DNA of 64,000 nucleotides, from positions 2,078-66,077 of the forward strand of contig JAVJTX010000012.1 of assembly GCA_040220035.1 (NCBI GenBank). Reading direction: 5' to 3'. The position numbers were made by a program, and so were the translations under genes. Positions 1 through 8,727 of the stretch are shown piece after piece. Position 1 is the stretch's first letter. Each line of letters begins with the position of its first letter. This DNA comes from Roseovarius sp. GTDB taxonomy: Bacteria > Pseudomonadota > Alphaproteobacteria > Rhodobacterales > Rhodobacteraceae. A model generated the notes under the pieces. It was not told where the DNA came from and made no database searches. It saw nothing but the letters and a program-made list of their open reading frames with translations.

Positions 1-549
1 ATGGCCTTCGACAAAGGTCTGGATCGCGTGGCCGATATCGCCGAACGTGTTGCCCGGCTTCACCGCCTCGATCCCCTTCATCAGGCTGTCATGCGTCACC
101 TGAATCAGGCGTTCGGCATAGGGCTTCGGCTGGCCGGCCACGAACATCCGGCTGGTGTCTCCATACCACCCGTCAACGATCACCGTGACGTCGATATTCA
201 GGATATCGCCATCCATCAGCGTATCATCCGTCCGCCGGTTGGTGTCGTTCTTCCATTTCGGCAGCTTACTGCCCGGAATTCCGTGACAAACCACGTGGTT
301 GGCGCTGATACAGCTCGCGTGCTGGTACCCCTTGTACCCGATCGTCGCCGACGTCGCCCCGGCCTTGTTGACATGGTCCTCGATCAACCGATCAAGCTCG
401 CCCGTGGTCTGGCCCGCCTGCACATGCGGCGCCACCTCGTCGAGGATACGCGACGCCAGTTCGCCGGCCTTGTGCATGCCTGCAAAGTCGTCCCGCTCAT
501 GAATGCGGATCCCGTCGCGTGTCAGTTTGCCGCGATGTTCGTTCTTCAC
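1..549 (-). CDS. map: Type I methionine aminopeptidase (5' part; runs off the window edge)
   Basis: Manual minus-strand translation from GTG at 549: MKNEHRGKLTRDGIRIHERDDFAGMHKAGELASRILDE...ATIGYKGYQHASCISANHVVCHGIPG, the typical MetAP N-terminus. Not in the ORF track because it is truncated. Confidence 0.92.
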   Translation of the reverse strand, partial: MKNEHRGKLTRDGIRIHERDDFAGMHKAGELASRILDEVAPHVQAGQTTGELDRLIEDHVNKAGATSATIGYKGYQHASCISANHVVCHGIPGSKLPKWKNDTNRRTDDTLMDGDILNIDVTVIVDGWYGDTSRMFVAGQPKPYAERLIQVTHDSLMKGIEAVKPGNTFGDIGHAIQTFVEGH

Positions 550-686
550 GCTTGGCTCCCGTAACTTACCGTTTCGGCGTCTATTTATGACAGTTCCCCC
601 GGATAAGCCAGAGGTCCCGCCTGCGGCCTTCTGTGCCAAGCGGTTCCGGTGTAATCTGCCAGCATAGTTTGACCAAAGGTAGTATC

Positions 687-1340
687 ATGAACGGATTATC
701 CAAGCTTTTTCACCTGTTAGCCTGTGCCGTGCTTGTCTCGACGGCGTTCCCGGCCCGGGCCGATGACTGCCTTGCCGACATTCGGGCGCTCTGGGAAACC
801 GGCGCTCCGCTCGATGCCTACCAGCGCCCGCCGCACCGCCACGTCAACACCGTGCGCGACGCCGACGGCACCGTGACCCAGACCTATGCGTCGATCATCG
901 AGACCCCTCTGCGCACCGTCGCCGGCGTCGATGGCAGCCATATGACGATGTCGATCGACAACGATATCTGGACAGGCCCCGGCGAAAACGGCCCCTGGAC
1001 CCCGCAGCAGGGCTTCCCCGGCGACCGCCGCGCCCAGCACGAGGCCGACCGCATTCAACGACAGGCCAACCTGACCGACGTCACCTGTCATGGCCCGGTC
1101 GAGGTCGATGGCGCCAGCTACCTCTCCTACAGCTTCACCACCAAATCCGACCCGAACGAAGAGATGGGCGGCATGTGGTATGGCTCCTCCGACACGGTCT
1201 ATATCGACCCGGAAACACGACAGGTGATGATCTGGGAGATGGGCACCTTCGTGTCGTCTTGGTCGCCGGAATCCAACGGCGAAACGCACCGCGTGGTCTA
1301 TACCTACGACCCCTCGGTCAAGCTGACACGACCGGAGTGA
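687..1340 (+). CDS. Hypothetical secreted protein
   Basis: ATG at 687; signal-peptide-like N-terminus ending ARA-DD; codon usage looks coding; 3' end overlaps sfsA convergently. Confidence 0.7.
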   Translation: MNGLSKLFHLLACAVLVSTAFPARADDCLADIRALWETGAPLDAYQRPPHRHVNTVRDADGTVTQTYASIIETPLRTVAGVDGSHMTMSIDNDIWTGPGENGPWTPQQGFPGDRRAQHEADRIQRQANLTDVTCHGPVEVDGASYLSYSFTTKSDPNEEMGGMWYGSSDTVYIDPETRQVMIWEMGTFVSSWSPESNGETHRVVYTYDPSVKLTRPE

Positions 1341-2037
1341 ACCCCAAGGGCCCCGCCACCTTCACCGCCTCCGGCGTGATGGTACAGCCAAGGCAGATGG
1401 TCTCGACCCCGGCCTCCTGCGCCACGGCAAAGGCTGCGGCATAAGCCGGGTCGATATCCGCCGCCAATGTGACAGCCGCGCAATCCGTCCGCTGCACGAG
1501 GAACAGCATCACCGCCCGGTGCCCTGCTTTGGCCATTTCGGCCAGTTCCAGCAGGTGCTTACGCCCCCGCGCCGTCACGCTGTCGGGAAACTCCGCCAGC
1601 CCCGGCTCTCGCGACAGTGTCACCGATTTCACCTCGACATAGGCATCCGGTAAACCCGTCTCCTGCAACAGGAAATCGATCCGGCTACCGGCCCCGTACT
1701 TGCGTTCCGGCAGCACCGTGCCATACCCCTCGAGCCCCGGCACCGCCTGCGCCTCCAGCGCGGCTTTCAGCGCCCGGTTCGGCAGCCCGGTATCGACCCC
1801 GGTGAAATGCCCGTTCCCGTGATCCACCAGCCGCCAGCCGTAGTTCAGCTTCTTCTTCGGATCGTCATTCGGCTCGACCCAGATGCGCATTCCCGGCTCG
1901 GCCAGCCCCATCATGCTGCCCGGATTGGCGCAATGCGCCACCACCTCGCGCCCGTCCGCCTCCAGCCGGATATCGGCGAGAAACCGTTTGTACCGGCGGA
2001 GAAGCCGCGCCGGCTCAAGAGGGGTTTGAAAGCGCAT
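1318..2037 (-). CDS. sfsA: DNA/RNA nuclease SfsA
   Basis: RRYKRFLAD, HCANPGSM, SRIDF, YVEVKSVTL, FPDSVTARGRKHL motifs; ATG at 2037. Confidence 0.93.
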   Translation of the reverse strand: MRFQTPLEPARLLRRYKRFLADIRLEADGREVVAHCANPGSMMGLAEPGMRIWVEPNDDPKKKLNYGWRLVDHGNGHFTGVDTGLPNRALKAALEAQAVPGLEGYGTVLPERKYGAGSRIDFLLQETGLPDAYVEVKSVTLSREPGLAEFPDSVTARGRKHLLELAEMAKAGHRAVMLFLVQRTDCAAVTLAADIDPAYAAAFAVAQEAGVETICLGCTITPEAVKVAGPLGFTPVVSA

Positions 2038-2085
2038 GAAGCAGGGCCTATACCGATCTGACGACCCGTTCAAGAAAGGCCGCCG

Positions 2086-2808
2086 ATGCCCAACCCCACC
2101 GCCGCCATGCTCGTCATCGGGGATGAAATCCTCTCGGGCCGCACACGCGATGCCAACATGCACCACCTCGCCAAGGAACTGTCGGAACGCGGCATCGACC
2201 TGCGCGAGGTGCGCGTGGTCAGCGACGATCCCGACGCCATCACCAACGCCGTGAAAACCCTGTCGAAATCCTACGACCACCTCTTCACCTCCGGCGGTAT
2301 CGGCCCCACCCACGATGATATCACCGCCGACAATGTCGCCCGCGCCTTCGACACCCCGATCGACGTGCGCGAGGATGCCCGCGCCCTGCTGGAAGCGCAT
2401 TACGAGAAAAGCGGCCAGTCCCTGAACGACGCCCGCCTGCGCATGGCCCGTATCCCTGACGGCGCCACCCTGATCGACAACCCGGTCAGCGCGGCGCCGG
2501 GCTTTACGCTGGCAAATGTGCATGTCATGGCCGGCGTGCCGCGCATCTTCGAGGCGATGCTGGAAAGCGTGTTGCCGAAGATCACCGGCGGTTCACCCGT
2601 GCTGTCGCAAACGCTGCAGATCATGCGGCCCGAGGGCGATATCGCCGGCCCGCTGGCCGATCTCGCGGCCCGCTATCCCGACCTGTCCATGGGCTCCTAC
2701 CCGTTCCAGCGCGAGGCCGCGTTCGGGGCGAACGTGGTGCTGCGCGGCACCGATGCCGCAAGGCTCGACGCCGCGATGGCGGACCTGCGCAAGGCGTTCC
2801 CCGAGTGA
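2086..2808 (+). CDS. CinA-like molybdopterin-binding domain protein
   Basis: IGDEILSGRTRDAN and TSGGIGPTHDDIT motifs. Confidence 0.9.
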   Translation: MPNPTAAMLVIGDEILSGRTRDANMHHLAKELSERGIDLREVRVVSDDPDAITNAVKTLSKSYDHLFTSGGIGPTHDDITADNVARAFDTPIDVREDARALLEAHYEKSGQSLNDARLRMARIPDGATLIDNPVSAAPGFTLANVHVMAGVPRIFEAMLESVLPKITGGSPVLSQTLQIMRPEGDIAGPLADLAARYPDLSMGSYPFQREAAFGANVVLRGTDAARLDAAMADLRKAFPE

Positions 2809-3539
2809 CCCCCGATATCCAAACCCTCTACGGTGTGATCGACGCCACATGGGCCCCCGCCGCCATGACGCAAGCGGGCCCCTGGACGATCCGCGAGGGG
2901 CAGGGCGGCGGCCAGCGCGTCTCGGCTGCCACGTCAGCCGACCCGGTCACCGCGGGCGACCTGCCACAGGCCGAAGAGGCCATGCGCGCCCTTGGGCAGA
3001 CGCCGCTTTTCATGATCCGCAAGGGCGATGACGCCCTCGACACCATGCTCGCCGCACGCGGCTACAAGGTGGTCGATCCGGTCAACCTGTGGATCGGCGA
3101 AGCGCAACCGCTCGCCGATGAGGCCGGCCCGCGGGCCAAGGCCTATGCCGTGTGGGAACCGTTGGCCATTCAGGTCGACATGTGGGCCGACGGCGGCATC
3201 GGCCCCGGCCGTGTCGCCGTGATGCATCGGGTCGCCGCCACCAAGACTTCGATCATCTGCCGGTTCGAGCATACACCGGCTGCCACCGCCTTTGTCGGCC
3301 TGCACGCGGGCGTCGGCATGATCCACGCGCTCGAAGTGCCCGAAGCGATGCGCCGCAAGGGGGTCGCCGTGCGCGCCTGCCGTCAGGCCGCGCTCTGGAC
3401 GGTCCAGAACGGCGGCACCTTCATCTCGGCCCTCTGCACACAGGCCAACACCGGTGCCAACGCCCTCTACGCTTCCCTCGGCCTCGGGGTTGTGGGACAG
3501 TATCACTACCGCAAACTACAGGAAGACAGCCCGTCATGA
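2805..3539 (+). CDS. GNAT family N-acetyltransferase
   Basis: C-terminal GNAT motif A (LEVPEAMRRKGVA) and N..A..LY..LG; 4-bp overlap with the upstream gene. Confidence 0.85.
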   Translation: MTPDIQTLYGVIDATWAPAAMTQAGPWTIREGQGGGQRVSAATSADPVTAGDLPQAEEAMRALGQTPLFMIRKGDDALDTMLAARGYKVVDPVNLWIGEAQPLADEAGPRAKAYAVWEPLAIQVDMWADGGIGPGRVAVMHRVAATKTSIICRFEHTPAATAFVGLHAGVGMIHALEVPEAMRRKGVAVRACRQAALWTVQNGGTFISALCTQANTGANALYASLGLGVVGQYHYRKLQEDSPS

Positions 3540-4108
3540 GCCAAGACGATAAGCCCACCGCCCTTGACCTGCCCATGGTCGACCCGCTGCCGCCCGAGAC
3601 ACAGAAATACTTCGACGTCTGCACGGACAAGCTGGGCATGGTGCCGAACGTGCTAAAGGCCTATGCCTTCGACATCGACAAGCTCAACGCCTTCACGGCG
3701 ATGTATAACGACCTGATGCTGGCCGACAGCGGGCTGACCAAGCTGGAGCGCGAGATGATCGCGGTGGTCGTCTCTTCGATCAATCGCTGCTGGTATTGCC
3801 AAGTGGCCCATGGCGCGGCGGTCAGGGCGCTTTCGGGCAAGCCCGAGCTGGGCGAGGCGATGGTGATGAACTGGCGCATGGCCGACCTTGACGCGAAACA
3901 AACCGCCATGCTGAGCTTTGCCGAGAAGGTGACCAAATCCAGCGCCGATGTGACCGAGGAAGACCGGCAGGCCTTGCGCGACGCCGGCTTCTCCGACCGC
4001 GATATCTGGGACATTGCCAGCGTCGTCGGCTTCTTTTCCATGTCGAACCGCGTGGCCAGCGCGACGGGCATGCAGCCCAACCCCGAATACCACGCGCAGG
4101 CGCGCTGA
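3536..4108 (+). CDS. Peroxidase-related AhpD-family enzyme
   Basis: EREMIAVVVSSINRCWYCQVAH (CxxC-H) AhpD motif; ATG at 3536 overlaps the upstream stop. Confidence 0.9.
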   Translation: MSQDDKPTALDLPMVDPLPPETQKYFDVCTDKLGMVPNVLKAYAFDIDKLNAFTAMYNDLMLADSGLTKLEREMIAVVVSSINRCWYCQVAHGAAVRALSGKPELGEAMVMNWRMADLDAKQTAMLSFAEKVTKSSADVTEEDRQALRDAGFSDRDIWDIASVVGFFSMSNRVASATGMQPNPEYHAQAR

Positions 4109-4113
4109 CCCTC

Positions 4114-5067
4114 TTGGCGGGTCCGGCGCGCCTCTTTCTCCTGTTCCCGCTTCTGGCCGGGGGTGCCTGCATGGCGCAGGCGCTCGACCTGACGGTGCCG
4201 GGCGATGCCGATCTGACCCGCGAAGAGCAAAGCGCGGCCGAGTCCTACCTCCTGCCGACCGGTCCCTATGCCGAGGGCCAGGTCCCCTCGATCGATGTCG
4301 AGGGGCTCGTCACCCGTCAGGCTTGGCGGATCGAGGGCGAGGGGCTGACCACGCTCAAGCTGCTGACGCCGCTGCGCGACCAGTTGCAGGAGGCGGGCTA
4401 CGAGATCCTGTTCGACTGTGCCGACCGGGCATGCGGCGGCTTTGATTTCCGGTTCAACACCAGTGTCCTGCCCGCGCCCGACATGTTCGTCGACCTGTTC
4501 GATTTCCGCTTCCTGTCGGCGCGAAGGGAAAAGGGGGCGAGCACGCAATACGTCACCTGCCTTGTCAGTCTGACCGGCGAGACCGGCTACCTGCAACTCG
4601 TCATCGTGGGTGGCGGAGAGGCCCCCAAGGTCGAGATTGGAGAGATCGACACCGTCACCCCCGCCACCCCGCCGCAACCGGTCGAGGCGGCGAAGCTGGT
4701 AGAGCAGCTTCTGGGGCAGGGGCACGTGGTGCTCTCCGATCTGGAGTTCGAAAGCGGCTCGGCGTCCCTGTCAGAAGGGCCCTACGACTCCCTCGCCGCG
4801 CTGGCGGGGTTCCTGAACGGCGATGCGGCACGGCGCATCGCGCTGGTGGGGCATACCGACACGGTGGGCGGGCTTGATCCGAATGTCGCCCTCTCCCGCC
4901 GGCGTGCGGCCTCGGTGCTGGAACGGCTGGTGTCCCGCTACGAGGTGCCACGAGCCCAGATGGAATCGAACGGGATGGGCTATCTCTCGCCCGTGGCGCC
5001 CAACACCACTGAAGCCGGGCGCGAGGCCAACCGCCGGGTCGAGGCGGTCCTTCTGAACGCCGAGTGA
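4114..5067 (+). CDS. OmpA-family peptidoglycan-binding protein (DUF4892-like N-terminus)
   Basis: GHTD...N..LSRRRA...NRRVE OmpA C-terminal motif; signal peptide. Start codon uncertain. Confidence 0.85.
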   Translation: MAGPARLFLLFPLLAGGACMAQALDLTVPGDADLTREEQSAAESYLLPTGPYAEGQVPSIDVEGLVTRQAWRIEGEGLTTLKLLTPLRDQLQEAGYEILFDCADRACGGFDFRFNTSVLPAPDMFVDLFDFRFLSARREKGASTQYVTCLVSLTGETGYLQLVIVGGGEAPKVEIGEIDTVTPATPPQPVEAAKLVEQLLGQGHVVLSDLEFESGSASLSEGPYDSLAALAGFLNGDAARRIALVGHTDTVGGLDPNVALSRRRAASVLERLVSRYEVPRAQMESNGMGYLSPVAPNTTEAGREANRRVEAVLLNAE

Positions 5068-5144
5068 GGCGCAATGCGCAGGTTTCGGGGCGCTTGGGCC
5101 ACTGAAACGCGCTATCCTTCGCGAAAGCCCTCAAGGAGCCCCGC

Positions 5145-5600
5145 ATGTACTCCGCCACGCTGCCCACCCCGGTCGGCCCTCTGACCGTCACCAGCAACGG
5201 AACCGCCATCACCCGCGTCACGTGGGATGGCACCGAAGCCCAAGACACGCGCCCCGAACTGACCGAGGCGCTGTTGCAGCTTGGTGCCTATTTCGCCGGT
5301 AGCCTGAAGGTTTTCGATCTCCCTCTCGCCGTCGAGGCGCCCGATTTTCAAGCCTCTGTCTGCGAGGTCATGCAATCCATCCCCTATGGCGAAACGCTCA
5401 CCTATGGCGACATCGCCAGATGCCTCGGCGTGCCCGCTCAGGCCGTGGGACAGGCCTGTGGCGGCAACCCGATCCCGGTGATCATCCCCTGCCACCGCGT
5501 TCTTGGCGCCAGCTCGCTCGGCGGTTACTCCGGCGAAGGCGGTGTGGAAACGAAGGTCTGGCTGCTCCGCCATGAAGGGGCAGCGGGCCTGTTGATCTAG
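5145..5600 (+). CDS. ogt: Methylated-DNA--protein-cysteine methyltransferase
   Basis: IPYGET.TYG and NPIPVIIPCHRV active-site motif. Confidence 0.93.
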   Translation: MYSATLPTPVGPLTVTSNGTAITRVTWDGTEAQDTRPELTEALLQLGAYFAGSLKVFDLPLAVEAPDFQASVCEVMQSIPYGETLTYGDIARCLGVPAQAVGQACGGNPIPVIIPCHRVLGASSLGGYSGEGGVETKVWLLRHEGAAGLLI

Positions 5601-6295
5601 GCCTTGCGCCGTTCGGGAATGACCTGCTGCACGACACCGGCGAAGAGCAGGTAGAGGCTTGTTACGACCAGCCCCCAATGCGCCCAGCTTTCCGGATGGA
5701 AATCGACCCACGCCGCCCAGCCCGCAAAGAAGGTCCATGCCACCGCGATCGGCAAGGTGATGACACGCCAGCGCTCGGTTCGCGCCGGGTGAACGAATTT
5801 CAGCGGCAGGAACATCGCCACCGCCATTGCCACCACCAGCACGAGGATCAGCCAGAAATTCGGCTCGACCGCGAACAGCACCAGCACCAGCATGTTCCAG
5901 CAGCCCGGAAAGCCATGAAACGAGTTGTCCTTGGTCTTCATCTTGGTGTCGGCGAAATACATCGCGCTCGCATAGGTAATCACGATGATCGCGAACCAGC
6001 CTGTCCAGCCGGGCAACAAATCGGAACTGAACAGCGCGAAGGCCGGGATGAAGACATAGGTCAGGTAATCGATGATCAGGTCGAGCAGCACCCCGTCGAA
6101 CCGGGGCGAATACTTCTGTACCTGGTAATGCCGCGCAAGCGGGCCATCGACCCCGTCGACGGCGAAGGCGACCACCAGCCAGAGGAACATCAGGTCCCAT
6201 TTTTCATCCACCGCAGCCAGCATGGCGAGCATCGCAAAGACCGCGCCGGTCGCGGTCAGAAGGTGAACGAGGAGGGCCTTGAACGTCTCTGTCAT
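5597..6295 (-). CDS. pcs: Phosphatidylcholine synthase (CDP-alcohol phosphatidyltransferase family)
   Basis: VHLLTATG, DGVDGPLAR...FDGVLLDLIIDYLTYVFIPA, F.GFP..WN motifs. Confidence 0.8.
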   Translation of the reverse strand: MTETFKALLVHLLTATGAVFAMLAMLAAVDEKWDLMFLWLVVAFAVDGVDGPLARHYQVQKYSPRFDGVLLDLIIDYLTYVFIPAFALFSSDLLPGWTGWFAIIVITYASAMYFADTKMKTKDNSFHGFPGCWNMLVLVLFAVEPNFWLILVLVVAMAVAMFLPLKFVHPARTERWRVITLPIAVAWTFFAGWAAWVDFHPESWAHWGLVVTSLYLLFAGVVQQVIPERRKA

Positions 6296-6330
6296 GGGTA
6301 TCTCATGAAGCAAAATTCGCCGCGGCGCAA

Positions 6331-7245
6331 TTAGGCTTTGGGGTGGGCGCGGCGGTAGACCTCCATCAGCCGGGCCGTATCAACGGCCGTGTAAGCCTGT
6401 GTCGTGGAAAGCGATGCATGCCCCAGCAATTCCTGTATCGCCCGCAGGTCGCCGCCGGCATTCAGCAGATGGGTGGCAAAGCTGTGGCGCATGGCATGCG
6501 GCGTCACACTGGCGGGCAGGCCAAGCTGCAGGCGGACCTGTTCCACCACCTTCTGCACCGTCCTTGGCCCCAAGGCACCGCCCCGCACGCCGCGAAAGAT
6601 GGCGGCCTCGGGTTCGGTGGGGTGGGGGCAAAGCTTCAGGTAGACATCGACCGCCTCCCGCGCCGGGCCGATGACCGGCACGATCCGTTCCTTGCCGCCC
6701 TTGCCGGTGATCCTGAGCACCTCGCCCAACGGCAGGTCGGCGCCCTTCAGGCCAAGCGCCTCGGATATCCGCAGTCCGCAGCCGTAAAGCAGCGTCACCA
6801 CCGCCTGATCCCGCGCCGCGACCCAGGGCTCCTGTGACTGCAGGTCGAGCGTGTCGATCACCCCCTGCGCCGCATCCTCGGCCAGCGGGCGGGGCAGCTT
6901 TTTCTGGAACTTGGGCGCCCGGGCCGCCATCACCGGGGTCGCGTCGAAATCCTCGCGCTCGGACAGCCAGCGATAAAAGCTCTTCACCGCCGACAGTTTC
7001 CGCGCCAGCGACCGTGCGCCGATCTCCTGCCCGCGGCACCGCGCCATCCAGCTTCGCATGTCCGACAGCGTGACAGTCTTGAGCGCGCCAATACCCTGCA
7101 GGCCGCCCTTGTGTTCGGTCAGGAACGTCAGGAAACCCGACACGTCGCGCCTGTAGGCATCGATCGTATTGTACGACGCGTTCTTCAGTGCCTTCTGCGA
7201 TTGCAGCCAGCCCTGAAGTGCCGCACGCGCGGCGTCGGAAATCAT
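6331..7245 (-). CDS. xerC: Tyrosine recombinase XerC
   Basis: LYGCGLRISE, GKGGKER, TPHAMRHSFATHLL, LLGHASLSTTQAYT; adjacent to a DUF484 gene. Confidence 0.9.
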   Translation of the reverse strand: MISDAARAALQGWLQSQKALKNASYNTIDAYRRDVSGFLTFLTEHKGGLQGIGALKTVTLSDMRSWMARCRGQEIGARSLARKLSAVKSFYRWLSEREDFDATPVMAARAPKFQKKLPRPLAEDAAQGVIDTLDLQSQEPWVAARDQAVVTLLYGCGLRISEALGLKGADLPLGEVLRITGKGGKERIVPVIGPAREAVDVYLKLCPHPTEPEAAIFRGVRGGALGPRTVQKVVEQVRLQLGLPASVTPHAMRHSFATHLLNAGGDLRAIQELLGHASLSTTQAYTAVDTARLMEVYRRAHPKA

Positions 7246-7949
7246 GACAGCCAGCGGCGCATCGCCCTTTCGAAAACGCCGGTGAAGAAGGCCAGCAGGT
7301 CGGTGCCTTGCTGCGGGCTGAACTGGTGCGGGTCCTCGGCGCCCATGGTCAGCATTCCGGGCAGGCGCCCCTTACCGAAATCGAGCATCAGGCAGGCCTC
7401 CGACCGGATGAACTGGGCCCGGGCGCCATAGATCCGCGCGTCGCCTTCACTGAGCTGCCGCAAGGTGACCTGCCGCGGCTGGCCGGGGCGGCCTGCGGTC
7501 AGGTAATCCTCGATGAAGCCCGGCTCGGCCACCGACAGCACGTCGCCCAGCTTGCGCACCGCAGGGTCGTCCTCGCCCTGCACCGATTCCAGCACCAGCT
7601 TTACGCAATCCACCCGCAGGATATCCGCCACCTCGCCGCCGAGGTCGCGCAGGAACGACTCGAAATCCGTGGGGTCCAGCATCCGCAGGATAGCGCGGTG
7701 GACCTGATTGGTGCCCGAGAGGTTCTCGTAGGCCGCCGCGATCACGCTGCGATGCGTATCCTCCAGCCGGGCCAGCCGCGCCTCGAGCCGTTCCATCGCG
7801 ATCCCGCGCAGGTCGACGATATTGCCACCCATCGCGCGCTCGTTCGCCGCGATCAGGGCGCGCATAAGATCCTGATCCTCAAGGATAACATCGGGTTGCG
7901 AGATTATCTTCTCGCGCATCTGGTCGTTCATGGCTGGGCTGCTGCTCAT
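7242..7949 (-). CDS. DUF484 family protein
   Basis: NIVDLR...ERLEARL...AYEN and F.P.QGTDLL.F motifs; upstream of xerC. Confidence 0.85.
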   Translation of the reverse strand: MSSSPAMNDQMREKIISQPDVILEDQDLMRALIAANERAMGGNIVDLRGIAMERLEARLARLEDTHRSVIAAAYENLSGTNQVHRAILRMLDPTDFESFLRDLGGEVADILRVDCVKLVLESVQGEDDPAVRKLGDVLSVAEPGFIEDYLTAGRPGQPRQVTLRQLSEGDARIYGARAQFIRSEACLMLDFGKGRLPGMLTMGAEDPHQFSPQQGTDLLAFFTGVFERAMRRWLS

Positions 7950-7986
7950 TCCTGCCTCTTTGTCTTTTTTGATTTTATAGCACGCC

Positions 7987-8640
7987 CTACAGGATTTTCT
8001 GCCCTGTTTTTTCCCAATCGCTCAGGAACGCCTCGAGCCCCTTGTCGGTCAGCGGATGCTGGGCCATCTTCTTGATCACGTCCGGCGGCGCGGTCATCAC
8101 ATCCGAGCCGATGCGCGCGGCCTCGAAGGCGTGGTTCACCGTGCGGATCGAGGCGGCCAGGATCTGCGTATCGAAATCGTAATTGTCGTAGATCTGCCGG
8201 ATGTCGGCGATCAATTGCATCCCGTCGAGGTTCATATCGTCGAGCCGGCCGATGAAGGGGCTGATGAACGTCGCGCCCGCCTTGGCTGCCAACAGCGCCT
8301 GGTTGGCCGAGAAGCAGAGTGTCACGTTGACCATGTGCCCTTCGTTCGTCAGCACGTTACACGCCTTCAGCCCGTCCCATGTCAGCGGCACTTTCACGGC
8401 AATGTTATCGGCGATCTTGGCCAGTTTCCGGCCTTCCGCGATCATCTCGTCGGCCTTCAGCGCCACGACCTCGGCGCTGACCGGGCCGCTGACGATCTCG
8501 GTGATTTCCTTGGTCACCTCGAGGATGTCACGCCCCGATTTGAGGATCAGCGAGGGGTTCGTCGTGACCCCGTCGACGACGCCAAGGTCGTTGAGTTCCT
8601 TGATCGCATCCACATCTGCAGTATCTACGAAAAACTTCAT
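7987..8640 (-). CDS. fsa: Transaldolase / fructose-6-phosphate aldolase
   Basis: [47 protein letters not shown]. Confidence 0.92.
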   Translation of the reverse strand: MKFFVDTADVDAIKELNDLGVVDGVTTNPSLILKSGRDILEVTKEITEIVSGPVSAEVVALKADEMIAEGRKLAKIADNIAVKVPLTWDGLKACNVLTNEGHMVNVTLCFSANQALLAAKAGATFISPFIGRLDDMNLDGMQLIADIRQIYDNYDFDTQILAASIRTVNHAFEAARIGSDVMTAPPDVIKKMAQHPLTDKGLEAFLSDWEKTGQKIL

Positions 8641-8727
8641 GGCTCACCCTTTCAAGCGGCTTGGGTCTGGTTGGCTTTGCGTTTACCCCATAGATTGATT
8701 TGCCGAAACCCTTGAAGGAGCGAATAC

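Noticed and set aside
1-564. 187-aa plus-strand ORF at the window start
   Set aside because: Antisense shadow of map, which has clear motifs on the minus strand.
6331-7245. Tyrosine recombinase as a mobile-element integrase
   Set aside because: Canonical XerC size and motifs, with a DUF484 neighbour in core-gene context.
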